Shown here: in pieces, positions 39,566-50,364 of the stretch
How the letters are laid out: the number at the start of each line of letters is the position of its first letter
How positions within the stretch are numbered: the first letter of the stretch is position 1
Source: Acidimicrobiia bacterium
GTDB lineage: Bacteria > Actinomycetota > Acidimicrobiia > Spongiisociales > ZC4RG35
DNA length: 64,000 nucleotides
Direction of reading: 5' to 3'
NCBI GenBank assembly: GCA_965215185.1
Contig: OZ244034.1
Span: forward strand, 2,080,001 to 2,144,000
Notes under the pieces: generated by a model
Database searches by the model: none
What the model saw: only the letters and a program-made list of their open reading frames with translations
What the model was told of the DNA's origin: nothing
Program-made: the position numbers and the translations under genes

Positions 39566-41467
39566 TCACGCTCCGCCCCTCACCACTATCCACACCAGCA
39601 AAGCCAGAAGCCCCAGCCCAAACCACAACCCGTACTGGCGGATCAGACCGCTTTGAGCCGGCCGAATCATGCGGCCCGTTGCCTGGACCAGGCGGGCTAC
39701 TCCGTTTACAGCCCCGTCCACTACCTTCACATCCACCCGAAAAGCGGTGAACTCGGATAGCCGACGGCCGGGGGTGACAAAGGCGGCCCCATAGGCGTCG
39801 TCCACCCGATAGGCGTTTTCCCACCATCCCCACACCCTTCCGAACCCCGTTTGGAAGCGCTGCCAGCCATCCGTGGGACGGTGATAGGCGAAGTAGGCCA
39901 TGCCGGCGCCCACCACCCCCGCCGCCACCGAGAGGACCGCCAAAACCAGAACCAGGCTGACCCCTTCGGAAGGATGGCCGATCGTAATCCCCTCGAAGGA
40001 AGGCTCCAGAAAATGTTCCAAAGCCAGCCGGAACGGAGTATTCACCAATCCCCCCACCACCGCCAAAGCGGCCAGGATAATCAGCGGGATGGTCATCGAG
40101 CGAGGAGACTCGTGGGGTGTCACCCCCTCAGGCCACCGGGGTTTACCCAAGAAAACCAATACGAATTGGCGGAACATGTAAAAGGCGGTGAGGAGGGCGG
40201 TGATCAGCCCCACCAACCACAGGGCAGTGAACCAACCCCCCTGATTGAATACCACGCCCAGGATCTCGTCTTTCGACCAGAAGCCTGCCAAGGGAGGGAA
40301 CCCGGCAATGGCCGCCACGCCCACCCCCATGGTGGCAAAGGTGACAGGCATGGCCTTTCTCAGCCCTCCCATCTGCTCCATGTTTTGATGTCCCCCCATG
40401 GCGTGGATCACCGAACCCGCCGCCAAAAACAGCAGGGCCTTGAAAAAGGCATGGGTCATCAGATGAAAAACCCCGGCCACATAGGCCGTCGCGCCCACCG
40501 CCAAGAACATGTAGCCCAATTGGCTGATGGTGGAATAGGCCAGCACCCGTTTGATGTCCGATTGCCCGATGGCGATGGTCGCCGCCCATAAGGCGGTGAG
40601 CGCCCCCACCGCCGCCACCACCCCGGAGGCCACCGGAGTCAACTCGAAAATCGGAGCGGAGCGGGCGATCACGTACACCCCGGCGGTGACCATGGTGGCG
40701 GCGTGGATGAGAGCCGAAACAGGAGTGGGCCCCTCCATGGCATCCGGCAACCACACATATAACGGAATTTGCGCCGATTTGCCGATGGCCCCGGTGGCCA
40801 GCATCAGCCCGATGAGAGTGGGCGCCCATCCGCTCAATTCTTCTGCGGCCCGCCCGAACACGCCGGAATAGGACAAGGTCCCAAAGGCGTTGAAGACCAG
40901 CATCAGGGCTATGAGGAAGCCGAAATCGCCGATCCGGTTCACCACGAACGCTTTCTTTCCCGCCGATGCGGCGGAGGGACGGGTGAACCAAAAGGAGATC
41001 AGAAGGTAGGAGCACAGACCCACCAACTCCCATCCCACGAACAGCATGGCGTAGTTTCCGGCCAGAACCAGGATCAGCATCGAAGCAGTGAAGAGATTGA
41101 GATAGGTGAAGAAGCGGGCGAAACGAGGATCAGAATGCATGTATCCCACCGAATAGATGTGGATCAGCGAACCCACCCCGGTCACAACCAGGGTCATCAG
41201 AGCAGAAAGGGGATCCCAGAGAATCTCGAAGGAGGCTCCCACTGCCGGCATCCATTCCCACAACAGCGACTGTGCGGGGTGGCCGTCCCCGGCAAAGAAA
41301 GGCGCCGCCGCCAGCGCCGCCAGCGCAAAGGCGGCCAGGCTAGCCGCACAGGCCAGGTATCCCGCGCGGGGCTCTCCCAGCCACCGTCCTGCAAAGTGCA
41401 AGACCACCGCCCCCCCGAGAGGGAAGGCGATTACCAGCCAAAGCGCCTCAGTGGGAAGCTCGATCAT
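39566..41467 (-). CDS. nuoL: NADH-quinone oxidoreductase subunit L
   Basis: [51 protein letters not shown]; start MIELP overlaps the nuoK stop. Confidence 0.96.
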   Translation of the reverse strand: MIELPTEALWLVIAFPLGGAVVLHFAGRWLGEPRAGYLACAASLAAFALAALAAAPFFAGDGHPAQSLLWEWMPAVGASFEILWDPLSALMTLVVTGVGSLIHIYSVGYMHSDPRFARFFTYLNLFTASMLILVLAGNYAMLFVGWELVGLCSYLLISFWFTRPSAASAGKKAFVVNRIGDFGFLIALMLVFNAFGTLSYSGVFGRAAEELSGWAPTLIGLMLATGAIGKSAQIPLYVWLPDAMEGPTPVSALIHAATMVTAGVYVIARSAPIFELTPVASGVVAAVGALTALWAATIAIGQSDIKRVLAYSTISQLGYMFLAVGATAYVAGVFHLMTHAFFKALLFLAAGSVIHAMGGHQNMEQMGGLRKAMPVTFATMGVGVAAIAGFPPLAGFWSKDEILGVVFNQGGWFTALWLVGLITALLTAFYMFRQFVLVFLGKPRWPEGVTPHESPRSMTIPLIILAALAVVGGLVNTPFRLALEHFLEPSFEGITIGHPSEGVSLVLVLAVLSVAAGVVGAGMAYFAYHRPTDGWQRFQTGFGRVWGWWENAYRVDDAYGAAFVTPGRRLSEFTAFRVDVKVVDGAVNGVARLVQATGRMIRPAQSGLIRQYGLWFGLGLLALLVWIVVRGGA

Positions 41468-41772
41468 CCCCGCAGCGCCGCCAACTCGTCGACCGAGGCG
41501 GTCTCCCGCCTCCTGAATATGGCGACGATTATCGCCAGACCCACCACCACCTCGGCGGCCGCCACCACCAGTACGAAGAAGACCGCCACCTGCCCGTCCA
41601 ACACTCCGGCCGCGCGGCCAGCCGCAACAAAGGTGAGGTTGACCGCGTTGAGCATCAGCTCCACGCACATGAACATAACCAGTGCGTTACGCCTGATCAG
41701 GACCCCGGTCATCCCCAGCATGAACAAGACCGCGGCCAGCGTCATGTACCAGCCGGGAGTGACGGTCAACAT
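41464..41772 (-). CDS. nuoK: NADH-quinone oxidoreductase subunit K
   Basis: [32 protein letters not shown]. Confidence 0.96.
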   Translation of the reverse strand: MLTVTPGWYMTLAAVLFMLGMTGVLIRRNALVMFMCVELMLNAVNLTFVAAGRAAGVLDGQVAVFFVLVVAAAEVVVGLAIIVAIFRRRETASVDELAALRG

Positions 41773-42305
41773 CACTTCTCCGCCGGCTCTTCGCCAGACC
41801 TACGGTGGAAGGCCAGGGCGATCGCCCCCACCGCCGCGATAGTCAGCAACACCGCGGTTATCTCCACACCCACCACCCAGTCAGTGAATAGCTCTCCTCC
41901 CAGAGCCTGAACAGTGCCGTTGGGTATCCCGACCGTTCCCGACGAGGCCGGAGTCCAGGAGAACCTGCCCCTCGACACCAGAACGGCCGCGCCCAGGACT
42001 GCGGCAGTGGCCAGTCCGGCCACCAGCTTGCGCTGGAACGGGATGGTCTCAGAAGTGTCCTCGGAGCGGTCCACTCCGATGAACATGATCACAAACAAAA
42101 ACAGGGTGAGCACTGCCCCGGCATACACCACCACCTGCACCGCCGCCACCAGATGGGCCAGGTTGACCACGTAGATCACCGCCAGTGAAACCAAGGAGCC
42201 CAACATTCCCAGGGCCGATCGGACCGGGTTGCGAGCCAGGACCACGGTAAAACCACCTGCCAATGTCCCCGCCCCCATCAGCACGAAGACCACCAGTTCA
42301 ACCAT
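41772..42305 (-). CDS. nuoJ: NADH-quinone oxidoreductase subunit J
   Basis: [26 protein letters not shown]; start MVELVV. Confidence 0.93.
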   Translation of the reverse strand: MVELVVFVLMGAGTLAGGFTVVLARNPVRSALGMLGSLVSLAVIYVVNLAHLVAAVQVVVYAGAVLTLFLFVIMFIGVDRSEDTSETIPFQRKLVAGLATAAVLGAAVLVSRGRFSWTPASSGTVGIPNGTVQALGGELFTDWVVGVEITAVLLTIAAVGAIALAFHRRSGEEPAEK

Positions 42306-42936
42306 CGGGCGAATCCCTGGTTTCCTGATCCGGTTCGGGCTCCCAGGAAGCGGGGCCCGGGGTGGATTGCCACATCCGCTCTCCCTCATAGGCCGCCACC
42401 CCGCTGGGCGAGGTGGCGCGGAGCCACCCGTCGGCTGCATCCAACTCGGATAAGTCGGCGTAGGGGTCCTCTTGGTAAATGTGGGGAACTGATCCGTCCT
42501 CTGCCATCAGCAGTTCGTCCTTGGTATGGATGGCGTCATTGCGGTTGGTGACCGACATCTCGAAAAGATGGGTCATGGTGATGGCCTCGGTGGGACAGGC
42601 CTCCACGCACAAACCACAGAAAATGCAGCGCAACATGTTTATCTCATACACATACCCAAAGCGCTCCCCGGGGCTTTGGGGGTCATCAGGCGGGTTGTCG
42701 GCGCCACGAACATAAATGCATTGAGCGGGACAGGCCCCCGCGCACAGCTCGCACCCTATGCACTTTTCCATCCCGTCGGGGTAGCGGTTGAGAACGTGCC
42801 GGCCGTGGAAACGTACCGGCTTTTCCCGCATCTCGGAGGGATATAGGGTGGTGACAATGTCCTTGCCGAACAGGCCCCGTAGGCCGATCCATCCGGTTAC
42901 CTTGAAACCCTTCCAGAAATCCTTCAGTACTCCCAC
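42298..42936 (-). CDS. nuoI: NADH-quinone oxidoreductase subunit I
   Basis: [12 protein letters not shown] and [12 protein letters not shown] 2x[4Fe-4S]; RFHGRH. Confidence 0.96.
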   Translation of the reverse strand: MGVLKDFWKGFKVTGWIGLRGLFGKDIVTTLYPSEMREKPVRFHGRHVLNRYPDGMEKCIGCELCAGACPAQCIYVRGADNPPDDPQSPGERFGYVYEINMLRCIFCGLCVEACPTEAITMTHLFEMSVTNRNDAIHTKDELLMAEDGSVPHIYQEDPYADLSELDAADGWLRATSPSGVAAYEGERMWQSTPGPASWEPEPDQETRDSPDG

Positions 42937-42945
42937 ATTTTCTCC

Positions 42946-44061
42946 TCACCCGCTAAACGGCAAACCAAATTGGCGGAACCCGATCACCACGGTGGAAACC
43001 ACCAGCCACAACATCGAGAGGGGAATCAACCTCTTCCAACCCAAAGTCATCAACTGGTCGTAGCGCAGCCGGGGAAGGGTCGCTCTCACCCAAAAGAAAA
43101 CCAAAACCAAGACGTAGGTTTTCACCATCAACCATACGACAGGAAGTATGGCCGAAACCCAACCGGGCAACACTGCTTCCCACACCGGGCCGTTCCATCC
43201 CCCCAAAAACAGGGTGGCCGCAATGGCGCACATGGAGAAGATGTTTATGTATTCGGCCAAAAAAAACATAGCGAAGCGAATTCCCGAGTACTCGGTGTGG
43301 AATCCTCCCACCAACTCCTGCTCCGCCTCCACCAGGTCAAACGGGGCGCGATTGGTCTCCGCCACCGCTGCCACAAAGAAGATCACAAACGCCACCACTT
43401 GAGGAAAAATGTTCCACCGGGGTATGAGACCGAGCACCGGGTCCAGGGCGGAAACAGCCCCCTCCCAGGTTCCCGACTGCCTTTCCACGATCTCTGCCAG
43501 AGAAAGCGTTCCGCTCTCCACTCCCGGGGCAGTGGCCGAGAACATCACCACCGCTACCATCGCCAAACCCATCGCCGCCTCATAGGAAATCGCTTGGGCA
43601 GTGGCCCGAACTCCCCCCAGCAACGGGTATTTGGAACCCGAGGACCATCCGGCCAACACCACCGCGTACACGGCCATGGACGACATGGCCAGTATGAACA
43701 GAAGTCCGATGTTGAGATCGGCCCCCTGGAGCGGCACCAAACGGCCGGCAATCTCCAAACCCGGTCCGAGCGGAACCATCATGAAGATCAAAAAGGCGGG
43801 AACCACCGCCAGGAAAGGCGCCAACAGATAGGGGCCCAAGTCAGCCTTGCTCGGGGTCACCTGCTCCTTGAAGAACAGCTTCAGCCCATCTGCCAAAGTC
43901 TGAAGAATCCCCCACGGCCCCGCCCGGACCGGGCCGACCCGGTTCTGCATATCCGCCACGACCTTTCGCTCCATCCAGATGTTGACGATGGTCAGCACCA
44001 ACAAGAGGGCGAATACCCCCACCACGCGGGCACCCACCAATAGCAGATCTAACCAGTCCAT
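42946..44061 (-). CDS. nuoH: NADH-quinone oxidoreductase subunit H
   Basis: ERKVVADMQNRVGP, AETNRAPFDLVEAEQELVGGFHTEYSG, PRLRYDQLM; start MDWLD. Confidence 0.96.
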   Translation of the reverse strand: MDWLDLLLVGARVVGVFALLLVLTIVNIWMERKVVADMQNRVGPVRAGPWGILQTLADGLKLFFKEQVTPSKADLGPYLLAPFLAVVPAFLIFMMVPLGPGLEIAGRLVPLQGADLNIGLLFILAMSSMAVYAVVLAGWSSGSKYPLLGGVRATAQAISYEAAMGLAMVAVVMFSATAPGVESGTLSLAEIVERQSGTWEGAVSALDPVLGLIPRWNIFPQVVAFVIFFVAAVAETNRAPFDLVEAEQELVGGFHTEYSGIRFAMFFLAEYINIFSMCAIAATLFLGGWNGPVWEAVLPGWVSAILPVVWLMVKTYVLVLVFFWVRATLPRLRYDQLMTLGWKRLIPLSMLWLVVSTVVIGFRQFGLPFSG

Positions 44062-44256
44062 CAGGGGACTCTTAGCGGAAAAAGGAGCGCTGACACAGCC
44101 TAGGGGAGAGATTAGAAATGCCCACCTGCATAACAAAACCCTCTCATCCCCCGATAGCCCTCCAACCTACTGAAAGCCTTACCCAAAGCCGCCCCCCAAA
44201 ACCGGGCCCACACGGTAAATAATCTCCTCGTGATATGACCAGGCTGGCTATTGGCG

Positions 44257-44271
44257 TTAACATTATGTAAA
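44257..44271. promoter_or_regulatory. Putative operator TTWACA-N3-TGTWAA upstream of fhs/nuoH
   Basis: TTAACATTATGTAAA; its reverse complement matches 46561-46575 at 13/15. Confidence 0.5.
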
Positions 44272-44330
44272 AAATACCCGGCGGCTTCGTTCCCTAAACC
44301 GCATCCTCAAACCCCACCAGGAGGCACCCA

Positions 44331-46094
44331 TTGAAACCCACCGTCCCCTCCGACCTGGAAATTGCCCAAAGGGCCCAGGTCCTTCCCATAACCGAGATAG
44401 CCGAACGGGTAGGGATCAGAACCGAGGAGTTAATCCCCTATGGAACTGAGAAGGCCAAAGTGCATCTGGACGTACTGCGTCGGGTACGGAACCGCCCCCG
44501 AGGCCGCTACGTAAACGTCACCGCGGTCACCCCCACTCCTCTCGGGGAGGGAAAGACCACTACCACTATCGGGCTGACCCAGGGTTTGGGCGCCCGGGGT
44601 CACAAAGTCATAGCCTGCATTCGCCAGCCCAGCATGGGACCCACCTTCGGAATCAAGGGTGGGGCGGCAGGAGGAGGCTACAGCCAGGTCATACCTATGG
44701 AGGAGTTCAATCTCCACCTAACCGGGGACATACACGCCATCGGCGTGGCCCACAATCTGGCGGCGGCCGCCATCGACGCCCGCTGGTATTTCGAGGGGCG
44801 GCTCAGCGACGAACAGTTGGCGGAACGGGGACTGAAGCGTTTGGCGATTGACCCTGACGGCATCCTTTGGCGGCGAGTAGTCGATGTGAACGACCGGGCG
44901 CTTCGCAACATCGTGCTTGGGCTGGGCGGCCGGATAGATGGGCGGCCCCGGGAGAGTGGTTACGACATCACCGTGGCCAGTGAGTTAATGGCCATCCTGG
45001 CCCTAGTGGACGGCCAAGACTATGCCTCTGCCCTCCGCAACCTCCGGGAACGGTGCGGCAAGGTGGTGTTCGGAACCTCCCAGAGCGGGGAACCACTCAC
45101 CCTAGAAGACCTGGGAGTGGCAGGAGCGGTGACAGTGCTCTTGCGAGACGCCCTCCATCCCACCCTCATGCAAACCCTGGAAGGGCAGGGCGTATTCGTA
45201 CATACCGGACCCTTCGCCAACATCGCCCACGGAAACTCGTCGGTTCTGGCCGACCGGATCGCTCTCCAATTGGCCGAATACACGATCACCGAGTCGGGGT
45301 TCGGCGCCGACATGGGCATGGAAAAGTTCTTCAACATCAAGTGCCGAACCTCAGGATTGGCGCCCGACTGCGTGGTGCTGACCACCACGATACGCGCCAT
45401 CAAAACCCAGGGCGGGGGCCCGCCGGTGAAACCGGGCCGACCTCTCCCCAGCGCCTACGTGAAAGAGAACCTGCCCCTGCTGGGAGAGGGGGTGGTCAAT
45501 CTCCAAGCGCACCTCGACACCATCAAACGGTTCGGGGTCCCTGCCGTAGTAGCGGTCAACGTGTTCCCCACCGACACGGACCGGGAAATCGAGTACATTC
45601 AGGAGGCGGCGTCGGAGGCCGGAGCTCATGCGGCTGTTCCCACCACTCACTGGGCCAACGGTGGCCAAGGCGCACTGCAGATGGCGGAGGCAGTGGAGGA
45701 TGCCTGCACCGTAGCGAGCAATTTCCGTCTTCTCTACCCGAGTGAACTTTCTCTCAAGGAGAAAATCGCCAGCATCGCCTGCAATGTCTACGGAGCGGAA
45801 AACGTTTCCTACACGCCTCTCGCCAACCGCCAACTGGCCCAGTACGAGAAAGCGGGATTCGGGGATCTGCCGATCTGCATGGCCAAAACCCACCTATCCA
45901 TCAGTCACGATCCTTCCCTCCGGGGCGCCCCACGAGGCTATACCCTGCCTGTTCGGGAAGTTCGCGCCTCGGTGGGCGCCGGGTTCATCTACCCGCTGGT
46001 CGGAGCAGTCCGCACCATGCCGGGGCTTTCGTCAACCCCTGCCTACCTCAACGTGGATATCGACTCATCAGGAAAGGTGGTAGGGCTCTTTTAG
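44331..46094 (+). CDS. fhs: Formate-tetrahydrofolate ligase
   Basis: TPTPLGEGKTTT, GIKGGAAGGGYSQ, GPFANIAHG, GFGADMG.EKF, ICMAKT, TMPGL; TTG start after AGGAGG. Confidence 0.97.
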   Translation: MKPTVPSDLEIAQRAQVLPITEIAERVGIRTEELIPYGTEKAKVHLDVLRRVRNRPRGRYVNVTAVTPTPLGEGKTTTTIGLTQGLGARGHKVIACIRQPSMGPTFGIKGGAAGGGYSQVIPMEEFNLHLTGDIHAIGVAHNLAAAAIDARWYFEGRLSDEQLAERGLKRLAIDPDGILWRRVVDVNDRALRNIVLGLGGRIDGRPRESGYDITVASELMAILALVDGQDYASALRNLRERCGKVVFGTSQSGEPLTLEDLGVAGAVTVLLRDALHPTLMQTLEGQGVFVHTGPFANIAHGNSSVLADRIALQLAEYTITESGFGADMGMEKFFNIKCRTSGLAPDCVVLTTTIRAIKTQGGGPPVKPGRPLPSAYVKENLPLLGEGVVNLQAHLDTIKRFGVPAVVAVNVFPTDTDREIEYIQEAASEAGAHAAVPTTHWANGGQGALQMAEAVEDACTVASNFRLLYPSELSLKEKIASIACNVYGAENVSYTPLANRQLAQYEKAGFGDLPICMAKTHLSISHDPSLRGAPRGYTLPVREVRASVGAGFIYPLVGAVRTMPGLSSTPAYLNVDIDSSGKVVGLF

Positions 46095-46108
46095 AAAAGA
46101 CCAAGAGG

Positions 46109-46453
46109 TCAGCCACCCTCCGGGATGGCCTCCACCACCCGCACCAGCCGATAATCAAGGGAACTTCCATCGGCCGGTGGGTCTTTCACCTGCGTAATCT
46201 CCACATCCAGGACATAAGACACACCCTCGACATAGGTAAACCCTTCGATTCCGTCGTAAAAAAATTCCCAATCAGCATCTTCGGATTCCTTCACCAAAAG
46301 GCATTTTTGAGGACCGACGCCTACGCAGTCGACGCGATCCGGGCCGACCCACATCCGCGCCTCCCGCCTCGACGACAGATCGAAAATACCAGCGCCAAAG
46401 GCAAGAATCAGAGCAACCTACACGATCACCAACCGACGAACACCAACAACCAT
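46109..46453 (-). pseudogene. DUF4377 domain protein with in-frame amber in its signal/TM region
   Basis: DCVGVGPQKCL, IEGFTYVEG, PADGSS; RBS+ATG 46453 is in frame but a TAG lies at 46420-46418; a shorter product from ATG 46354 is possible. Confidence 0.7.
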
Positions 46454-46560
46454 CCTCATCCTCCCCAATGACGTTTTAGCAACCACTAACAAGACTCTGT
46501 TTAGAAGCCCGGTTCAAAGACTCCTACATTCACCTTATACACATACGGCCCACCTTGTGT

Positions 46561-46575
46561 TTTACATTGTGTTAA
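46561..46575. promoter_or_regulatory. Putative operator TTWACA-N3-TGTWAA upstream of the fdh operon
   Basis: TTTACATTGTGTTAA, ~50 nt before the fdh start. Confidence 0.5.
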
Positions 46576-46623
46576 AATGGGATTACGCGGGACCAGCCCG
46601 TGATTCTTTAAGGAGAGTCGACT

Positions 46624-48525
46624 ATGGGAAAAAAGACCCGGCTGACCCATCCTCTGGTGCGCCGCAACGGCGTGCTTCGAGAAGCCTCCTGGACCGAAGC
46701 ACTCACTGCGGCCGCTGACGGCCTTGCAACGGTGCGGGATGCTCACGGCGGAGATGCCATAGGGATGTTTTCCTGCTCAAAAGCCACCAACGAGACCAAC
46801 TTCCTAGCGCAGAAGTTTGCTCGGGTGGTGCTGGGCACCAACAACGTAGATTCCTGTAACCGGACCTGACACGCTCCCAGCGTCGCCGGTCTGGCGGCAG
46901 TTTTTGGAGCAGGGGGGGGAACCAGTTCCTATCAGGAAATGGATGACGCCGACGTGGTGATCCTGTGGGGATCCAACGCTCGGACGGCTCATCCTATCTT
47001 TTTCCACAGGATTATCCGAGCAGTGCGCCGCGGCGCTCGTCTGTTCTGCGTGGATCCGCGCCGCAGCGCCTCGGCCGAATGGGCCGATCTGTGGCTGGGT
47101 ATCGACGTTGGATCCGATATCGCCTTGGCAAATGCCGTGGCCCGGGAAATAATCGCTTCCGGGCTGGAAAACCGAGAGTTCATCGACCACGCCACCCTCC
47201 ATTACGACCAGTACGCCGCCAGCGTCGAGGATTGGACCCTAGAGCGAGGGGAGGAGATCACCGGAGTGCCTGCCCACGCCATCCAGGAGCTGGCCCACGC
47301 CTATGCCCGCGCCGACCGTGCCCAACTGTGCTGGACACTGGGGATAACCGAGCATCACAACGCCACCGACAATGTCCTGGCTCTGATCAACCTCGCCTTG
47401 CTTTGCGGCCATGTGGGCCGCTACGGATCGGGTCTGGTGCCCCTGCGGGGTCAGAACAACGTGCAGGGGGGCGGGGATATGGGAGCGATTCCCAATAAGC
47501 TGCCCGGTTTTCAAGATGTGGAGTCAGATGAGATCCGAGCCCGGTTCGAGTCTGCCTGGAATTCCCCCATCCCTCCCCGCAAGGGGCTCCACCTCACTGA
47601 GATGTTCGAAGCCATGGAGGACCGACGCTTGCGGGCGGTGTACGTGATCGGAGAAAACCCCGCCCAATCGGAAGCGGATGTCCAACGGGCCCGGCATCTC
47701 ATGGAAGGACTCGATTTCATGATGGTGCAGGACATCTTCTTGACTCGCACTGCCCAAATGGCGGATGTGGTGCTACCTGCCGCCGCCGATTGGTGCGAAG
47801 CAGAGGGAACAGTTACCTCCAGCGAACGGCGGGTCCAAAGGGTGCGTCCCGCCCTCCGACCCCCGGGAGACGCCCGCACTGATTCCTCCATCATCTGTTC
47901 CTTGGCGGCCAGCATGGGACACGACTGGGGCACGCCCTCCGCCGAGGAGGTGTGGGACGAACTGCGCAGCCTCTCCCCCATGCACAGGGGTTTGTCCTAC
48001 CGCCGACTGGAAGAGCACGGCGGATTGCAATGGCCCTGCTACGACGAAGACCATCCCGGGGAGTTGTTCCTTCACTCCCGTTTGTGGGAAGACCCACCCG
48101 GCGGTCCGCTCGCACCCTTCAGCCCGGTGGAATGGGCACCTCCGGTCGACCGTTTGACCGACGAATATCCCGTCCGGCTCACCACCGGACGCCATCTGGA
48201 CTCCTACAACACCGGAGTGCAGAGCGGAGGCAACGACACCCCGATCCGGATGGGGGCAACTCTCGACATCTCACCCGAAGACTCCATGGCTTGGAAGATC
48301 TCGGAAGGAGAAGAGGTACAGATCACCTCCCGACGGGGATCGATCAAGGCCCCCGCCCGGGTGGACCGCTGCCTCCGGCCCGGTCTGGTCTTCATGTCCG
48401 TTCACTTTCCCGAGCAGGCCGACATCAACAAGCTCACCATCGAGGCCTGGGATCCCAAGAGTGGTACCGCCGAGTTCAAGGCCACCGCCGTGCGGATTGA
48501 AAAGACACTGGCGCCGGTCGGATAA
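46624..48525 (+). CDS. fdhF: Selenocysteine-containing Mo/W formate dehydrogenase catalytic subunit (lacks N-terminal Fe-S domain)
   Basis: ORFs 46624-46869 and 46939-48525 are one frame joined by TGA in NNVDSCNRT-U-HAPSV; LRGQNNVQG, ERRVQ, LTTGR, EFKATAV. Confidence 0.92.
46867..46902 (+). promoter_or_regulatory. Bacterial SECIS-like hairpin
   Basis: UGA-CACGCUCCCAGC-GUCGCC-GGUCU-GGCGGC; spacing and apical GGUCU mirror the E. coli fdhF SECIS. Confidence 0.75.
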
Positions 48526-48549
48526 GCACCAGCCGAACGCGCCTGACCG

Positions 48550-50364
48550 ATGGACCTTCGCTTTACAGAAGCCCAGCCCACCGCCCCTGAGCGGCAAGCG
48601 GTGGAAGAGGCAACCGGCATTGTGGAGGATCACAGCCATAACCGGGTGCGAACCGCCACCAACCTCCGCATCTTCAGGACCGGGCGGCAAAGCGTCACCG
48701 ATCGGCGCCATCTCCTGCTGCCCGCCCTCGAAGCCGTGCAATCCACCATCGGGTGGGTGTCGGAGGGCGCGCTCATGCACATCTGCCGGGTGCTGTCGGT
48801 GCCCCCCGCCGAGGCTTGGGGGGTGGCCACGTTCTATTCCCTTATTTCGGTCGATCCCTCTCCGCCGGCGGTGTGGCATATTTGTGACGACATTGTCTGT
48901 CGCCGGGCCGGAGCCCTGGAATTGATCGAAAGCCTGGAAGCCGCAGGTCAACCAACCGCCGACGCCCGCTGGGCGCCCTCTCCCTGTCTGGGACAATGCG
49001 ACCGCGCGCCGGCCACCTACATTCAACGGGCCGGAGCCGACGACCAAGTAATAGTGGAGATGGACACCGGGCAAATCAACGGATGGGTAAATGGCGATGC
49101 CCTCCCCTCGTCCCACGGCCGACCAGCCCGGCCCGCTATTCCCCAGTTGGGTCAAACACATCTTCGCCTGCTGCGGCGGGTGGGGGTGGTTGACCCGGAT
49201 GCTCTCGAATCCTATCTGGAGGCTGGTGGCTATCAGGGCCTGCGGAAGGCGGTGGAGATGGGACCGGAAGCGGTGGTGGCAGAAGTCAAAACCTCCGGTT
49301 TGCGGGGCCGCGGAGGGGCGGCTTTTCCAGCCTGGATCAAGTGGGAGACAGTCCGCAACTCCCCCGAGCCGGTCCGCTATTTGATCTGCAACGCCGACGA
49401 ATCCGAGCCGGGCACCTTCAAAGATCGGGTCCTAATGGAAGATGACCCCTTCTCGGTGATCGAGGCCATGACCATTACCGGCTACGCTATCGGCGCTCAT
49501 CGAGGCTATCTGTACATTCGAGGAGAATATCCGCTGGCCACCAAGCGGGTGTCCAAAGCAATCGAAGCAGCCCGGCGACGGGGTCTTCTGGGGGCGCCCG
49601 CATCAAACGGGGTGACTTTCGATATCGAGATCCGGCGGGGCCAAGGCGCCTACATCTGCGGCGAGGAGACCGCCCTGATGAACTCCATAGAGGGTTTTCG
49701 GGGAGAGCCGCGCAACAAACCCCCCTTCCCGACCGTCTCGGGGTTGTTTGGAAAGCCCACCGTGATCAACAACGTGGAGACCCTCTGCAATGTCCTCGAC
49801 ATCGTCACCGAGGGCGGAGAGGCCTTCGCCTCGATTGGCACCTCCCAATCCACCGGACCCAAACTGTTCTGCCTGTCGGGATCTATCAGCCAGCCCGGTG
49901 TTTACGAGGTTGAATTCGGCGCCACCCTGGGGGAACTGCTGGAACTGGCGGGAGGGCTGCCCACCGGGCTGGAATTGAAGGCCATCCTGCTGGGAGGCGC
50001 GGCCGGGTCTTTCGTACTGCCCGACCTTTTGGACATGCCTCTCACCTTCGAGGCCGCCGCCGAAGCAGGGGTTTCGCTGGGGTCCGGGGTGATTATGGCT
50101 TTCGACCAGCACACCGACTTCGGAGACATTCTCGGTCGCATCGCCGCCTTCTTCAGAGACGAGACCTGTGGGCAGTGCGTTCCCTGCCGAGTTGGTACTG
50201 TTCGTTTGGAAGAAGGTTTAGCCCGTATCCGCCGACAACCCCAACCCGGAGATGTGCAATTGATAGCAGAAATCGATCTGGCCATGCGGGACGCCTCCAT
50301 TTGCGGTCTAGGCCACACAGCCGCCATCGCCCTTCGTTCGGCACTCGATCTGGGACTGCTGTGA
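48550..50364 (+). CDS. NuoE-NuoF fusion (FdsG/FdsB-like diaphorase subunit)
   Basis: VATFYS, C..IVC, CLGQCDRAP, then SGLRGRGGAAFP, NADESEPGTFKDR, GAYICGEETAL, ETCGQCVPCRVG, ICGLG. Confidence 0.93.
   Translation: MDLRFTEAQPTAPERQAVEEATGIVEDHSHNRVRTATNLRIFRTGRQSVTDRRHLLLPALEAVQSTIGWVSEGALMHICRVLSVPPAEAWGVATFYSLISVDPSPPAVWHICDDIVCRRAGALELIESLEAAGQPTADARWAPSPCLGQCDRAPATYIQRAGADDQVIVEMDTGQINGWVNGDALPSSHGRPARPAIPQLGQTHLRLLRRVGVVDPDALESYLEAGGYQGLRKAVEMGPEAVVAEVKTSGLRGRGGAAFPAWIKWETVRNSPEPVRYLICNADESEPGTFKDRVLMEDDPFSVIEAMTITGYAIGAHRGYLYIRGEYPLATKRVSKAIEAARRRGLLGAPASNGVTFDIEIRRGQGAYICGEETALMNSIEGFRGEPRNKPPFPTVSGLFGKPTVINNVETLCNVLDIVTEGGEAFASIGTSQSTGPKLFCLSGSISQPGVYEVEFGATLGELLELAGGLPTGLELKAILLGGAAGSFVLPDLLDMPLTFEAAAEAGVSLGSGVIMAFDQHTDFGDILGRIAAFFRDETCGQCVPCRVGTVRLEEGLARIRRQPQPGDVQLIAEIDLAMRDASICGLGHTAAIALRSALDLGLL

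Noticed and set aside
46555-46580. Xer dif site (TTGTGTTAAA resembles the XerD arm)
   Set aside because: No matching XerC arm at 6-bp spacing; better explained as the palindrome shared with the fhs promoter
46624-46869. Separate 81-aa gene or fdh pseudogene
   Set aside because: The TGA is at the conserved Sec/Cys ligand position, the frame continues, and a SECIS-like hairpin follows
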